Assembly (NCBI GenBank): GCA_964016885.1
Contig: OZ024740.1
Span: forward strand, 426,126,001-426,190,000
Length of the DNA: 64,000 nucleotides
Direction of reading: 5' to 3'
Origin: Eledone cirrhosa
Lineage: Eukaryota
Shown: positions 1 to 15,624 of the stretch, piece by piece
Numbering within the stretch: position 1 is the stretch's first letter
Layout: every line of letters starts with the position of its first letter
Translations under genes and position numbers: made by a program
Notes under the pieces: model-generated
Told to the model about the DNA's origin: nothing
The model's database searches: none
The model's input: the letters and a program-made list of their open reading frames with translations, nothing else

Positions 1-2550
1 ACCTGTCAATCTAATCAATCAACAACCTACTCCTATTTTTACCTGTCAATCCAATCAACAACCGTCTCCTATTGTTACCTGTCAATCTAATCCAATGAAC
101 AACCTTATCCTATTGTTCCCTGTCAATCCAATCAACAACCTTCTCCTATTGTTACCTGTCAATCTAATCCAATCAACAACCTTTCCTATTGTTACCTGTC
201 AATCTAATCCAATCAACACCCTTCTCCTATTTTTACCTGTCAATCCAATCAACAACCGTCTCCAATTGTTACCTGTCAATCTAATCCAATCAACAACCTT
301 CTCCTATTGTTACCTGTTAATCTAATCCAATCAACAACCTTCTCCAATTGTTAACTGTCAATCTAATCCAATCAACAACCTTCTCCTATTGTTAGCTGTC
401 AATCTAATCCAATCAACAACCGTCTCCTATTGTTACCTGTCAATCTAATCCAATCAACAACCTATTGTTACCTGTCAATCCAATCAACAACCTTCTCCTA
501 TTGTTACATGTCAATCTAATCCAATCCACAACCTTCTCCTATTTCTACCTGTCAATCCAATCAACAACCTTCTCCTATTGTTACCTGTCAATCCAATCAA
601 CAACCTTCTCCTATTGTTACCTGTCAATCTAATCCAATTAACAACCTTCTCCTATTGTTACCTGTCAATCTAATCCAATCAACAACCTTCTCCTATTTTT
701 ACCTGTCAATCCAATCAACAACCTTCTCCTATTGTTACCTGTCAATCCAATCAACAACCTTCTCCTATTGTTACCTGTCAATCTAATCCAATTAACAACC
801 ATGTCCTATTGTTACCTGCCAATCTAATCCAATCAACAACCTTCTCCTATTTTTACCTGTCAATCCAATCAACAACCTTCTCCTATTGTTACCTGTCAAT
901 CTAATCCAATTAACAACCTTCTCCTATTGTTACCTGTCAATCTAATCCAATCAATAACCTTCTCCTATTTTTACCTGTCAATACAATCAACAACCTTCTC
1001 CTATTGTTACCTGTCAATCCAATCAACAACCGTCTCCTATCGTTACCTGTCAATCTAATCCAATCAACAACCTTCTCCTATTGTTACCTGTCAATCCAAT
1101 CAACAACCTATTGTTACCTGTCAATCCAATCAACAACCGTCTCCTATTGTTACCTGTCAATCCAATCCTCAATCTTCTCCTATTGTTACCTGTCAATCCA
1201 ATCAACAACCTTCTCCTATTACCTGTCAATCCAATCAACAACCGTCTCCTATTGTTACCTGACAATCTAATCCAATCAACAACCGTCACCTATTGTTACC
1301 TGTCAATCTAATCAACAACCGTCTCCTATTGTTACCTGTCAATCCAATCAACAATCTTCTCCTATTGTTACCTGTCAATCCAATCAACAACCTTCTCCTA
1401 TTACCTGTCAATCCAATCATCAACCTTCTCCTATTTTTGCCTGTCAATCCAATCAAGAACCGTCTCCTATTGTTACTTGTCAATCTAATCCAATCAACAA
1501 CCTTCTCCCATTGTTACCTGTCAATCCAATCAACAACCTTCTCTTATTTTTACCTGTCAATCTAATCCAATCAACAACCTTCTCCTATTGTTACCTGTCA
1601 ATCTAATCAACAACCTTCTCTTATTTTTACCTGTCAATCTAATCCAATCAACAACCTTCTCCTATTGTTACCTGTCAATCTAATCAACAACCTTCTCTTA
1701 TTTTTACCTGTCAATCTAATCCAATCAAGAACCGTCTTCTATTGTTACCTGTCAATCTAATCCAATCAACAACCTTCTCCTATTGTTACCTGTCAATCTA
1801 ATCAACAACCGTCTCCTATTGTTACCTGTCAATCTAATCCAATCAACAACCTTCTCCTATTGTTACCTGTCAATCTAATCAACAACCTTCTCCTATTGTT
1901 ACCTGTCAATCTAATCCAATCAACAACCTTCTCCTATTGTTACCTGTCAATCTAATCAACAACCTTCTCCTATTGCTACCTGTCAATCTAATCCAATCAA
2001 CAACCTTCTCCTATTGTTACCTGTCAATCTAATCAACAACCTTCTCCTATTGTTATCTGTCAATCCAATCAACAACCTTCTCCTATTGTTACCTGTCAAT
2101 GTAATCAACAACCGTCTCCTATTGTCACCTATCAATCTAATCAACAACCTTCTCCTATTGTTACCTGTCAATCTAATCAACAACCGTCTCCTATTGTCAC
2201 CTATCAATCTAATCAACAACCTTCTCCTATTGTTACCTGTCAATCTAATCAACAACCGTCTCCTATTGTCACCTATCAATCTAATCAACAACCTTCTCCT
2301 ATTGTTACCTGTCAATCTAATCAACAACCGTCTCCTATTACCTGTCAATCCAATCAACAACCGTCTCCTATTGTCACCTATCAATCTAATCAACAACCTT
2401 CTCCTATTGTTACCTGTCAATCTAATCAACAACCGTCTCCTATTGTCACCTATCAATCTAATCAACAACCTTCTCCTATTGTTACCTGTCAATCTAATCA
2501 ACAACCGTCTCCTATTGTCACCTATCAATCTAATCAACAACCTTCTCCTA
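1..2550. repeat. Minisatellite, mixed 36/41-bp units (ACCTGTCAAT[CTAAT]CCAATCAACAACCTTCTCCTATTGTT)
   Basis: Direct tandem periodicity; ORFs on both strands are repetitive artefacts. Confidence 0.97.
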
Positions 2551-2554
2551 TAGA

Positions 2555-2830
2555 CCTCCACTTCTTTCTATTTGGTTTTGTTCATGCAAGATGTGTAGCC
2601 GTATCTACTATGTTTGGCCAATTCAGAGTTGGTGTTGCCATTTATGGAATAAATGGCCGTTGACTCTAAGGACTTAATCTGCCCTTTTAACAGCTTGTGA
2701 TTTTGTACTGCGGGGTTCCAATTACCCTCGCCACTATACCAGGAGCTCTTGGGGGAGCTTGGTTAGTCGCCAACCACTCAACCATCAGGCAGGTTGTACT
2801 GGAATACATGGCAGCTGTAGCAGGCAGAAT
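2555..2830 (-). mobile_element. Fragment resembling the 5' region of an RTE-clade LINE or derived element
   Basis: Shares TTAGTCGCCAAC...CAGGTTGTACTGG(A/G)ATACATG with 43380-43525; RTE assignment is from recognition only. Confidence 0.45.
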
Positions 2831-2952
2831 CTATAAATATGTTATAATCTAGGCAATACCACGCTTTCTTGTTTGGTTGCAGCAAGAGAATATTTTCTGA
2901 CGACTGCTAATAAGGTACCATTATTGGTGTTTATTATACCATTATTGGTGGT

Positions 2953-3110
2953 GGATTGGCAGTATCGATAGAGTTACGGCCTTTTCCATTCTGAGTTCAA
3001 ATCCCGCCCAGGTTAACTTTGCCTTTCAGCCTTATGGGGTCGATAAAACAAAGTACCCGTAATGCACTGGGTAATAGCTGGCCTTGTGCCAAAAGCAGAA
3101 ACAATTATTA
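2953..3110 (+). mobile_element. tRNA-derived cephalopod-type SINE (family A)
   Basis: B-box GAGTTCAAATCCC, core AACTTTGCCTTTCA..GGGGTCGATAAA, tail GGCCTTGTGCCAAAAG.AGAAACAATTATT; about a dozen copies in window. Confidence 0.85.
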
Positions 3111-3889
3111 TGTAGACTTCATTTACAAATGCGATTGATTGTTAGAAGTTAGAACTTAGAGGGATATTCTACGACAAATAACCTAAATGTCGGTACGTAT
3201 ACTGGTAGAGCAACCATATTGGGGACCACAAATTTATTGTAGGCAGTGTGGTTTGTGTGTGTGTGTAAATTAGTCTGTGTGAATATATGTGTGTGAACAG
3301 ATGTATGTGTTTTTGAACACAGTTGAAACCAAATGTTTCGCTTGGAGGAAAGAGCTCCGTGATGTTGGTTGGCGATTGCAGTAGGTGTCTCTGGCCATAC
3401 TCCGCAGTAATACCTTTGCTATTTTGTCCGCGGGATACATCCGAAACAAATCTCAGACTCAGGTGTAGTGTCTGTCCATCCTTCTCTCCTTTTTTTTTCG
3501 TTTCATTCGTTGTTTGATACCTTTTTTCTTTTTCTACTTTTCACTCCTACCCTTTTTTTGTTCAATTTAACAGTGTTTTGTTTATATATAAACAAATTTG
3601 TAAAATAAGCAGTGTTACATAATGAAACATTTCGAAGCCACGGTGTAATTTAGTGTTGTCCCTGGCCTTGTCAATGAAAGAGTGGACGCCAGTTGACCAA
3701 ACTCGCTTTCTATATAAATGTTCCAGCCTCGGTACAGAATGTGACGTTGATTCTACCTAAGAATCATGTTACAGGTACGAGATTCTATTGAATATTTGCT
3801 GATCTACTGTAGTTCAATGAATATATATTCTAGTTGATGGAATAACCAAATGCTCATCATCCAAACCGACGGTGAATAACCCCCCCCCC

Positions 3890-4518
3890 ATATATATATA
3901 TATATATATAAATCTGTGTGTATAAATGCATATATATTCATGTGTGTGTATGTGTGTGTCTGTGTGTTTATATATAAATATATGGGTGTATTGATGTATA
4001 TATGCGTATGTAAGCTTGTATACATGCATGTATACATGGATATATATATGCATGTACGCATATATGCATGTATGAATGTATGTATGTTTGTTTGTATGTA
4101 TGCATGCATATACGTATGTAAGTATATATATGTATGTATGTATGTGTGTATATATGTATCTGTGTATGTATATATGAATGTATGTATGTATATATGTAGT
4201 ATGTGTGTAGGTATATTAATAGGAGTGTGTATATGGTGGTGATGGCCGCATGTTTCGGATGAACGAACATGTCAGTGTGAGTGTGAAACCTTGATTGCGA
4301 AAAACTAGCTTCTCTGGCTACATTAGAAATGGTTTGACGGGTGCATGAGTAGGACAAGTTCCGTTTTGATGGGAGAAACACAGCTGAAGTAGGGGGAGAG
4401 GCGGCTTCAAGTTCACTCTCCGTGCCATCCACGCTTCATTGCAAGTGTTGATTGGTTCTGTTGGAGGTTTGTACGTGGAGGGTGTAGTGTGAGTCTGTGA
4501 ATAACACGAGGGTATATT

Positions 4519-4567
<49 letters not shown>

Positions 4568-4591
4568 ACACACACATAATACATACACATA

Positions 4592-4629
<38 letters not shown>

Positions 4630-5166
4630 GAATCACACCCACACACACACATAGATACACATAAACACACATACACACATACACACATACATACACATAG
4701 ACACATACATACACACACACACACGCAGAAACACACACACACACACATACATACACATAGACACATACATACACGCACACATACATACATACACATAGAC
4801 ACATACTGACACACACACACACACACGCGCAGAAACACACACGCACACACACATACATACACATAGACACATACACACACACACACGCAGAAACACACAC
4901 ACACACACACACACATAGACACACACAGACACACATACATACACATAGACACACACACACACACACGCAGAAACACACACATACATAAACATAGACACAG
5001 ACATAGACACACAGAAACATACATATACACACATACATACACACAGAGACATACATACACACACAGAGACACACACACACTACACACATAGACAGAGAAA
5101 CATACATACATACGCACACACATACACACACACACACGCACAGGCATACATACAAACACATACACA

Positions 5167-5234
<68 letters not shown>

Positions 5235-5244
5235 AATATATATA
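3890..5244. repeat. Compound (TA)/(TG)/(CA) microsatellites with a unique island at about 4240-4520
   Basis: Direct inspection. Confidence 0.9.
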
Positions 5245-5527
5245 TAACAAAGGAAATGTGGTAAGGAACCAGGTGGCCCATAACGCACCAGAATACTCAA
5301 TACTTAGGGTAGTAGAGTGGGAAATGGGAAAAGGTATGACCCCGACGGCAGAGCTCAAGCTGTTTCGACGGCTATTTCTGGACTCAGAGTCCAGAATTGG
5401 CCATCGAAACGCCTTGAGCTCTGCCGTCGGGGTCATACTCGTTCCTATTTCCCACTCTACTACCCTAAGTATTGAGTACTCTGGTGCGTTATGGTCCACC
5501 TGGTTCCTTACCACATTTCCTTTGTTA
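5245..5527. mobile_element. Foldback made of two head-to-head 3' tips of the Naiad pseudo-LTR (pLTR)
   Basis: ~140-bp inverted arms centred on GGACTCAGAGTCC (~5386), matching 36950-37090 and 37790-37930; (TA)n on both sides. Confidence 0.9.
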
Positions 5528-5534
5528 TATATAT

Positions 5535-5706
5535 ATATAAAGAAAAAGAGATGAAATCGAAAATGCAACTGGAGTCTTATTTTTTTTTTAAATATATATA
5601 TTTATTTGGTTCCTTTACCGGTTTCGCAGTTCTTCTGCTTTGCAAAAGTTGAGTTGAGATGGAGGGTCTGTGGTTTTTCTCACATCATTTCTGTGGTTTT
5701 TCTCAC
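5535..5706 (-). mobile_element. Fragment of the pLTR family seen at 15768-16440, with mutated HHR core
   Basis: Near identity to 15830-15982; core reads TTGCAAA instead of TTGAAAA. Confidence 0.8.
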
Positions 5707-5804
5707 AAAGAGAGAGAGTGTGTGTGTATGAGAGAGAACATAAAGATAGAGAATGAGAGAGAAACTCAGTATTATGTGTGAGTGTTAGTATGAGTGTTTG
5801 TTTA

Positions 5805-5903
<99 letters not shown>

Positions 5904-5920
5904 GTGTGTGTGTGTGTATG

Positions 5921-5959
<39 letters not shown>

Positions 5960-5978
5960 ATAATATATATATAATATA

Positions 5979-7330
<1,352 letters not shown>

Positions 7331-7341
7331 TACATTACATA

Positions 7342-7439
<98 letters not shown>

Positions 7440-7589
7440 GAGAGAGAGAGAGAAAGAGTGAGAGAGAGAGAGAGAGAGGAGGTAATGTGCATTTTCAACT
7501 AGTGCAAAAAGAGGATGAAAGGGAGTGGGAGATACTGAAGGAGAGAGAATGTGAGATGAAGGGGAGAATATCAGTTAGTGAATGAAAGG

Positions 7590-10500
7590 CCGAGAAATAG
7601 AGAATAAAACATAGAGTGTGTGTAGGTGAGAGAGAAATAGAGAATAAAACATAGAGTGTGTGTAGGTGAGAGAGAAATAGAGAATAAAACATAGTGTGTG
7701 TGTAGGTGAGAGGGAAATAGAGAATAAGACATAGAGTGTGTGTAGGTGAGAGAGAAATAGAGAATAAAACATAGAGTGTGTGTAGGTGAGAGAGAAATAG
7801 AGAATAAAACATAGAGTTTGTGTAGGTGAGAGGGAAATAGAGAATAATACATAGAGTTTGTGTAGGTGAGAGGGAAATAGAGAATAAAACATAGAGTGTG
7901 TGTAGGTGAGAGAGAAATAGAGAATAAAACATAGAGTGTGTGTAGGTGAGAGAGAAATAGAGAATAAAACATAGAGTGTGTGTAGGTGAGAGGGAAATAG
8001 AGAATAAGACATAGAGTGTGTGTAGATGAGAGAGAAATAGAGAATAAGACATAGAGTGTGTGTAGGTGAGAGAGAAATAGAGAATAAAACATAGAGTGTG
8101 TGTAGGTGAGAGGGAAATAGAGAATAAGACATAGAGTGTGTGTAGATGAGAGAGAAATAGAGAATAAGACATAGAGTGTGTGTAGGTGAGAGAGAAATAG
8201 AGAAGAAAACATAGAGTGTGTGTAGGTGAGAGAGAAATAGTGAAGAAAACATAGAGTGTGTGTAGGTGAGAGAGAAGTAGAGAATAAAACATAGAGTGTG
8301 TGTAGGTGAGAGAGAAATAGAGAATAAGACATAGAGTGTGTGTAGGTGAGAGAGAAATAGAGAATAAGATATAGAGTGTGTGTAGGTGAGAGAGAAATAG
8401 AGAATAAGACATAGAGTGTGTGTAGGTGAGAGAGAAATAGAGAAGAAAACATAGAGTGTGTATAGGTGAGAGAGAAATAGAAAAGAAAACTGAGTGTGTG
8501 TAGGTGAGAGGGAAATAGAGAAGAAAACATAGAGTGCGTTTAGGTGAGAGAGAAATAGAGAATAAGACATAGAGTGTGTGTAGGTGAGAGAGAAATAGTG
8601 AAGAAAACATAGAGTGTGTAGGTGAGAGAGAAATAGAGAATAAAACATAGAGTGTGTGTAGGTGAGAGAGAAATAGAGAATAAAACATAGTGTGTGTGTA
8701 GGTGAGAGGGAAATAGAGAATAAGACATAGAGTGTGTGTAGGTGAGAGAGAAATAGAGAATAAAACATAGAGTGTGTGTAGGTGAGAGAGAAATAGAGAA
8801 TAAAACATAGAGTGTGTGTAGGTGAGAGGGAAATAGAGAATAATACATAGAGTTTGTGTAGGTGAGAGGGAAATAGAGAATAAAACATAGAGTGTGTGTA
8901 GGTGAGAGAGAAATAGAGAAGAAAACATAGAGTGTGTGTAGGTGAGAGAGAAATAGAGAATAAAACATAGAGTGTGTGTAGGTGAGAGGGAAATAGAGAA
9001 TAAGACATAGAGTGTGTGTAGATGAGAGAGAAATAGAGAATAAGACATAGAGTGTGCGTAGGTGAGAGAGAAATAGAGAATAAAACATAGAGTGTGTGTA
9101 GGTGAGAGGGAAATAGAGAATAAGACATAGAGTGTGTGTAGATGAGAGAGAAATAGAGAATAAGACATAGAGTGTGTGTAGGTGAGAGAGAAATAGAGAA
9201 GAAAACATAGAGTGTGTGTAGGTGAGAGAGAAATAGTGAAGAAAACATAGAGTGTGTGTAGGTGAGAGAGAAGTAGAGAATAAAACATAGAGTGTGTGTG
9301 TAGGTGAGAGAGAAATAGAGAATAAGACATAGAGTGTGTGTAGGTGAGAGAGAAATAGAGAATAAGATATAGAGTGTGTGTAGGTGAGAGAGAAATAGAG
9401 AATAAGACATAGAGTGTGTGTAGGTGAGAGAGAAATAGAGAAGAAAACATAGAGTGTGTGTAGGTGAGAGAGAAATAGAAAAGAAAACTGAGTGTGTGTA
9501 GGTGAGAGGGAAATAGAGAAGAAAACATAGAGTGCGTTTAGGTGAGAGAGAAATAGAGAATAAGACATAGAGTGTGTGTAGGTGAGAGAGAAATAGTGAA
9601 GAAAACATAGAGTGTGTGTAGGTGAGAGAGAAGTAAAGAATAAAACATAGAGGGTGTGTAGGTGAGAGAGAAATAGAGAATAAAACATAGAGTGTGTGTA
9701 GGTGAGAGAGAAATAGAGAATAAAACATAGAGTGTGTGTAGGTGAGAGAGAAATAGAGAATAAGACATAGAGTGTGTGTAGGTGAGAGAGAAATAGAGAA
9801 TAAGATATAGAGTGTGTGTAGGTGAGAGAGAAATAGAGAATAAGACATCGAGTGTGTGTAGGTGAGAGAGAAATAGAGAAGAAAACATAGAGTGTGTGTA
9901 GGTGAGAGAGAAATAGAAAAGAAAACATAGAGTGTGTGTAGGTGAGAGGGAAATAGAGAAGAAAACATAGAGTGTGTTTAGGTGAGAGAGAAATAGAGAA
10001 TAAAACATAGAGTGTGTGTAGGTGAGAGAGAAATAGAGAATAAGACATAGAATGTGTGTAGGTGAGAGAGAAATAGAGAATAAAACATAGAGTGTGTGTA
10101 GGTGAGAGGGAAATAGAGAAGAAAACAAAAGTGTGTGTAGGTGAGAGAGAAATAGAGAATAAAACATAGAGTGTGTGTAGGTGAGATAGAAATAGAGAAT
10201 AAAACATAGAGTGTGTGTAGGTGAGAGAGAAATAGAGAATAAAACATACAGTGTATGTAGGTGAGAGAGAAATAGAGAATAAAACATAGAGTGTGTGTAG
10301 GTGAGAGAGAAATAGAGAATAAGATATAGAGTGTGTGTAGGTGAGAGAGAAATAGAGAATAAGACATAGACTGTGTGTAGGTGAGAGAGAAATAGAGAAG
10401 AAAACATAGAGTGTGTGTAGGTGAGAGAGAAATAGAAAAGAAAACTGAGTGTGTGTAGGTGAGAGGGAAATAGAGAAGAAAACATAGAGTGCGTTTAGGT

Positions 10501-11560
10501 GAGAGAGAAATAGAGAATAAGACATAGAGTGTGTGTAGGTGAGAGAGAAATAGTGAAGAAAACATAGAGTGTGTGTAGGTGAGAGAGAAGTAAAGAATAA
10601 AACATAGAGTGTGTGTAGGTGAGAGAGAAATAGAGAATAAAACATAGAGTGTGTGTAGGTGAGAGAGAAATAGAGAATAAAACATAGAGTGTGTGTAGGT
10701 GAGAGAGAAATAGAGAATAAGACATAGAGTGTGTGTAGGTGAGAGACAAATAGAGAATAAGATATAGAGTGTGTGTAGGTGGGAGAGAAATAGAGAATAA
10801 GACATCGAGTGTGTGTAGGTGAGAGAGAAATAGAGAAGAAAACATAGAGTGTGTGTAGGTGAGAGAGAAATAGAAAAGAAAACATAGAGTGTGTGTAGGT
10901 GAGAGGGAAATAGAGAAGAAAACATAGAGTGTGTTTAGGTGAGAGAGAAATAGAGAATAAAACATAGAGTGTGTGTAGGTGAGAGAGAAATAGAGAATAA
11001 GACATAGAGTGTGTGTAGGTGAGAGAGAAATAGAGAATAAAACATAGAGTGTGTGTAGGTGAGAGGGAAATAGAGAAGAAAACAAAAGTGTGTGTAGGTG
11101 AGAGAGAAATAGAGAATAAAACATAGAGTGTGTGTAGGTGAGATAGAAATAGAGAATAAAACATAGAGTGTGTGTAGGTGAGAGAGAAATAGAGAATAAA
11201 ACATACAGTGTATGTAGGTGAGAGAGAAATAGAGAATAAAACATAGAGTGTGTGTAGGTGAGAGAGAAATAGAGAATAAGATATAGAGTGTGTGTAGGTG
11301 AGAGAGAAATAGAAATAAAACATAGAGTGTGTGTAGGTGAGAGAGAAATAGAGAATAAAACATAGAGTGTGTGTAGGTGAGAGAGAAATAGAGAATAAAA
11401 CATAGAGTGTGTGTAGATGAAAGAGAAATAGAGAATAAGATATAGAGTGTGTGTAGGTGAGAGAGAAATAGAGAATAAAACATAGAGTGTGTGTAGGTGA
11501 GAGAGAAATAGAGAATAAGACATAGAGTGTGTGTAGGTGAGAGAGAAATAGAGAAGAAAA
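7590..11560. repeat. 40-bp minisatellite (GAGAGAGAAATAGAGAATAAAACATAGAGTGTGTGTAGGT), ~99 copies
   Basis: Direct periodicity; long minus-strand ORFs are artefacts. Confidence 0.97.
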
Positions 11561-13535
11561 AATGAAATAAGAAACTCTAATGATATGTGGGAAGGGTAGA
11601 GGTAGAGAAGAAGAAAGTGAAATATAAATATACAGTTAATATCAGCAGAATCGGTAGAGCGCCAGGAAAAATGATTTGCGTTATTTGCGCTGGATTTTTC
11701 CTCACTAATTTCAAATCCCACCGAGGTCAACTTTGGCTTTTGTATTTCTGGGTTCCATGAAATATATACCAGTGAAATACTGGGGTTGATAAAATGGACT
11801 GTTTCTCCTTTCCAAATTTCTGACTCTGTAGGAAATCAATATTAGTTTTGTTATTGAAAAACGACTGATACAGCAATCGGCAGCATATCTTACAAAAATA
11901 CCTTGCTAGGTTTAGTTAGCTACTTTAGCATTCTGAGTTCAAATCCGTTGGAGTGCTTCACATTTCATGCCACTTGATATTGATAAAATGATTAGTAACC
12001 AAATATTAGATTCGGTTCAATATTCAACACCTTTTCTGATAAACGTGTTGCTTTTAAATGCCAAAGTTAAAACTTGTCCAGTGAGGAACTAATGGAGGTT
12101 ATTGACAAGCGTCTGTTACAAAAAATCAAATGGTCTTAGTTTTGGCAAAGTAAATATGTTAATAAAATGATGGGATCTTGATATATTTGTCGCAAAGTAA
12201 CTCAGAATTATGTAGCAATGTCTATTCTTTGAACTTGTGAACGAACGCTATTCTAAGAATATAAATATCACTTTCTGATATCTATATATTTTCTAAGAGC
12301 TTATGTAAAGATTACAGTCTTTCGTAGAGAATGACGAGTTATTCAATCATGATCTTCAATATTGTAACGTAGCCAAGAAAAAATGGCGAAGTCTTTCAAA
12401 ACACATAAGGGAGTTTATCAACTAACTAACAGCAATAACAATAAGAAGTCTTAATGCTTTAACGGGTTTACTCGACTTCCTAAAAACTGTAGTTAAATAT
12501 CCCTGAAAAGAGATTCTAACGTCTGAAATATGGAAGAGGAATAGGATAATGTAGCTTTTTATTTATCATGCTGTTTGAGAAGAAACGTGATTTTGGTATA
12601 CTCTGTAAATATATCTTACATAAAATAAACGATGGCACAAAACGGCCTTCGAATTTGAATCTGTTGAACAATCGTCATGTGTTTCAAGGGTATCGAAAAC
12701 GGAAAGCAATAAAACTTTATTAACTCGGCGAATATTATCGTTCCATGAGCCAGAATCTTACAAAAGCCATCAACTTCGCAAGAAGACAGGCTACAATTAC
12801 AGAAAGCGACGTTATGAATGTCAGGAGATTCCTCGTTTCAAACAATAATTGCTGTGTGAAAAGGTTGGATTAGGTGGTTTTCATATCAATATGGAAAGAC
12901 TTCATTGCAACGAATTTTACAAGATAGTTGACAAGTTCCTGTCTTACAAAACAAGGACATCTTTAAATGGCATGAACACTGCTTTGATTTGGCTCCTGAT
13001 TTGGCACATTTTGAGCGGAAGAGTCATTCTAACCATTCAAAAACACACAGTGTCCACTGTAGAAATGTTAGTAACCAGACTGCAAAGAGTGCGACGAAAA
13101 TTTGAAATCACGAAATAATTGGTAAAATGAAAAGGAAGTTAACAGTTTATAGTTGTATGGAGTTGGAATAGTTAATACTGCGTGTAAAAACTACATGTAC
13201 ACATGTGCTGATACACAACATATGCACATGTACACATATAATTCAAAACATACACAGCCACACATAAAATAGCATCCATACATGTACACACTCATGCACG
13301 CAGACATACATACATATCTACCTAGTTGATGTGAAAACTCAAATAAAACAGTCTTGTGTCTATGTTAGAAACCAACTCTCTCTCTCTATTAGTAAACAGT
13401 TATACATTTATGAAACTAGAAGAACATACATACCGATAGACAAACAAACACATAAACAGCTTTTGATCAATTTCGTTGTCATATCCTGTTTTACAAGATT
13501 ATAATATTATTCTGGTTAAGTGGTGAGACTTGTTA

Positions 13536-13575
13536 CTCTGACGTTTCAATTGCGTAGACATAGACTCATCAGACA
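13536..13575 (-). ncRNA. Degenerate HHR-like motif
   Basis: CTGATGA..GAAACGTC-AGAG with intact cores but poorly pairing stems I and II. Confidence 0.35.
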
Positions 13576-14026
13576 ATCTTTTCAGATGATCCTGTGACTG
13601 CCAAGATAAAACTCCAGAGTTACAAGGCCCCCAACGTAGCATAGAAAATATTAAAACTCTACTTTGGTATTGAGTTCTCATTCTCACGTCCATCAAACTG
13701 TTGCGTATAACTCAGATGAATTCTACACCAGAACTATTTCTCTATCTTGTTTCATTACAGCCATGTATGCACTAGCAGTTAGATTATTGGAATATCAGTC
13801 AATATCTACAAGGAATAATCTGCCGACGCATATTTGGCTGTTTGTCTTTAAGAATAATTCGTAATGTACTAGGGGAAAACATTTTCAAATTTCATATCAG
13901 AATAATATTCTAGCTTTCTTTCAAACTAATTTCGTACAAAGATAGAAATCATAACTTAAACAGAATTGATACAAACAACCCAATATATAGCATGGTATAT
14001 AACATAATATCATATAATATTATATA

Positions 14027-14215
14027 GGATTGGCAGTATCGGTAGAGAGTCGGATGTCATGCTTTGAAGCATAGAGTTACCTCCCTGTATGATCTGAGTT
14101 CAAATCCCGCCGAGGTTAACTTTGCCTTTCATCCTTCCGGGGTCGATAAAATAAAGTACCAGTAATGCACTGGTGAAAATTGCTGGCCTTGTGCCAAAAG
14201 TAGAAACAATTATTA
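14027..14215 (+). mobile_element. SINE family A
   Basis: Full-length match to other copies. Confidence 0.88.
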
Positions 14216-14233
14216 TATAATGTAATATAATAT

Positions 14234-14412
14234 AATTGTTTCTACATCTGGAACAAGGGCAGCAATTAACCAGTGCATTACTGGTACTCTATTTTATCGA
14301 CTCCGTAAGGATGAAAGGCAAAGTTACCCTCGACGGGATTTGATCTCAGATCGTAAAGGGACGTAACTATGCTGGAAAGCATGGCGTCCGACCCTCTACC
14401 GACACTGCCAAT
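14234..14412 (-). mobile_element. SINE family A, tail-to-tail with previous copy
   Basis: Reverse-complement match. Confidence 0.88.
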
Positions 14413-14442
14413 ATAATATAATATAATGTAATATAATATAAA

Positions 14443-14643
14443 GACAGTCGATCGACTTTCGTCAAATCGGACCGAGGAAACAATGTTTCCATTGGTCTTT
14501 CTAATTGTTAATACTCTCTATCGGTCGCAACGTGAAATAAAGTGTCTTGCCCAAGGACATAAGGCATCGCCCAGCTCGAGAATCGAACACACAACCTCAC
14601 TATTGGGAAGCAAATTCTCTAACCACTCAGCCACACGCCTTCA
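14443..14643 (-). mobile_element. tRNA-derived SINE family B
   Basis: A-box TGGCTGAGTGG, B-box GTTCGATTC; matches 56503-56720. Confidence 0.82.
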
Positions 14644-14644
14644 C

Positions 14645-15040
14645 AATATAATATAATATAATATAATATAATATGATATGATATAATATAATATAATATA
14701 ATATAATATAATATAATATAATATAATATAATATAATATAATATAATATAATATAATATAATATAATATAATATAATATAATATAATATAATATAATATA
14801 ATATAATATAATATAATATAATATAATATTAAAAATATAATATAATATAATATAATATAATATAATATAATATAATATAATATTGTCAAAATATAATATA
14901 ATTGTTTCTACATATAACATAATATAATATAATATAATACAATAGAATCTAGGATAATCTAGTCAATTACAATATAATATAATGTCATATAATATATATA
15001 TATAATATATAATATAATATATTATAATTTGATATGATAT
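14645..15040. repeat. (ATATA)n pentanucleotide microsatellite
   Basis: Direct inspection. Confidence 0.95.
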
Positions 15041-15439
15041 AATACTCACTAGTCATACAGTCATTACAAGATCACTGCATATGTAATTTTAGATCATTTC
15101 ATAATACAATAAATCTCTACAGAGAATTTAGAAGTTTAATGTATTCTCGCAAATAAAAGTCCATATTAACTATTACTTTTTTAAAATTGTTTATTAAAGT
15201 AAGAAATATCCATATTCCCTACACATTTATTTTAAAGACTACTATATATTTAATAAAATCTTATTCCGTAGATAAGTTGCACACAACGGTATGTAATGTG
15301 ATTTAGGATGTGACTAAAATTCAGCTGTAATACCTACTTCTAGAAGTTTAGAATATCATCAAAGACAATAAACGTAATGACGGTAAAGATGATGAAATCT
15401 CAGGAATAAATCTATTTAAAAACACAGAATTTATTATAT

Positions 15440-15624
15440 AATTGTTTCTATTTTCGGCACAAGGCCTGCAATTACCCCAGTGTATTTCTGGTACTTTATT
15501 TTATCGAACCCGTAAGGATGAAAGGCAAAGTTAACCTCGGCAGGATTTGAACTCAGAATAGCAAGGGCCGTAACTCTATACGTCAAAGGATGGCGTCCGA
15601 CCCTCTACCGATACTGCCAATCCA
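15440..15624 (-). mobile_element. SINE family A
   Basis: Reverse-complement match. Confidence 0.85.

Noticed and set aside
7495-11730. Very long minus-strand ORFs (up to 927 aa)
   Set aside because: All three frames are open because the 40-bp unit lacks stops; minisatellite artefact
14027-14215. tRNA genes
   Set aside because: A/B boxes belong to multi-copy SINE heads; no cloverleaf
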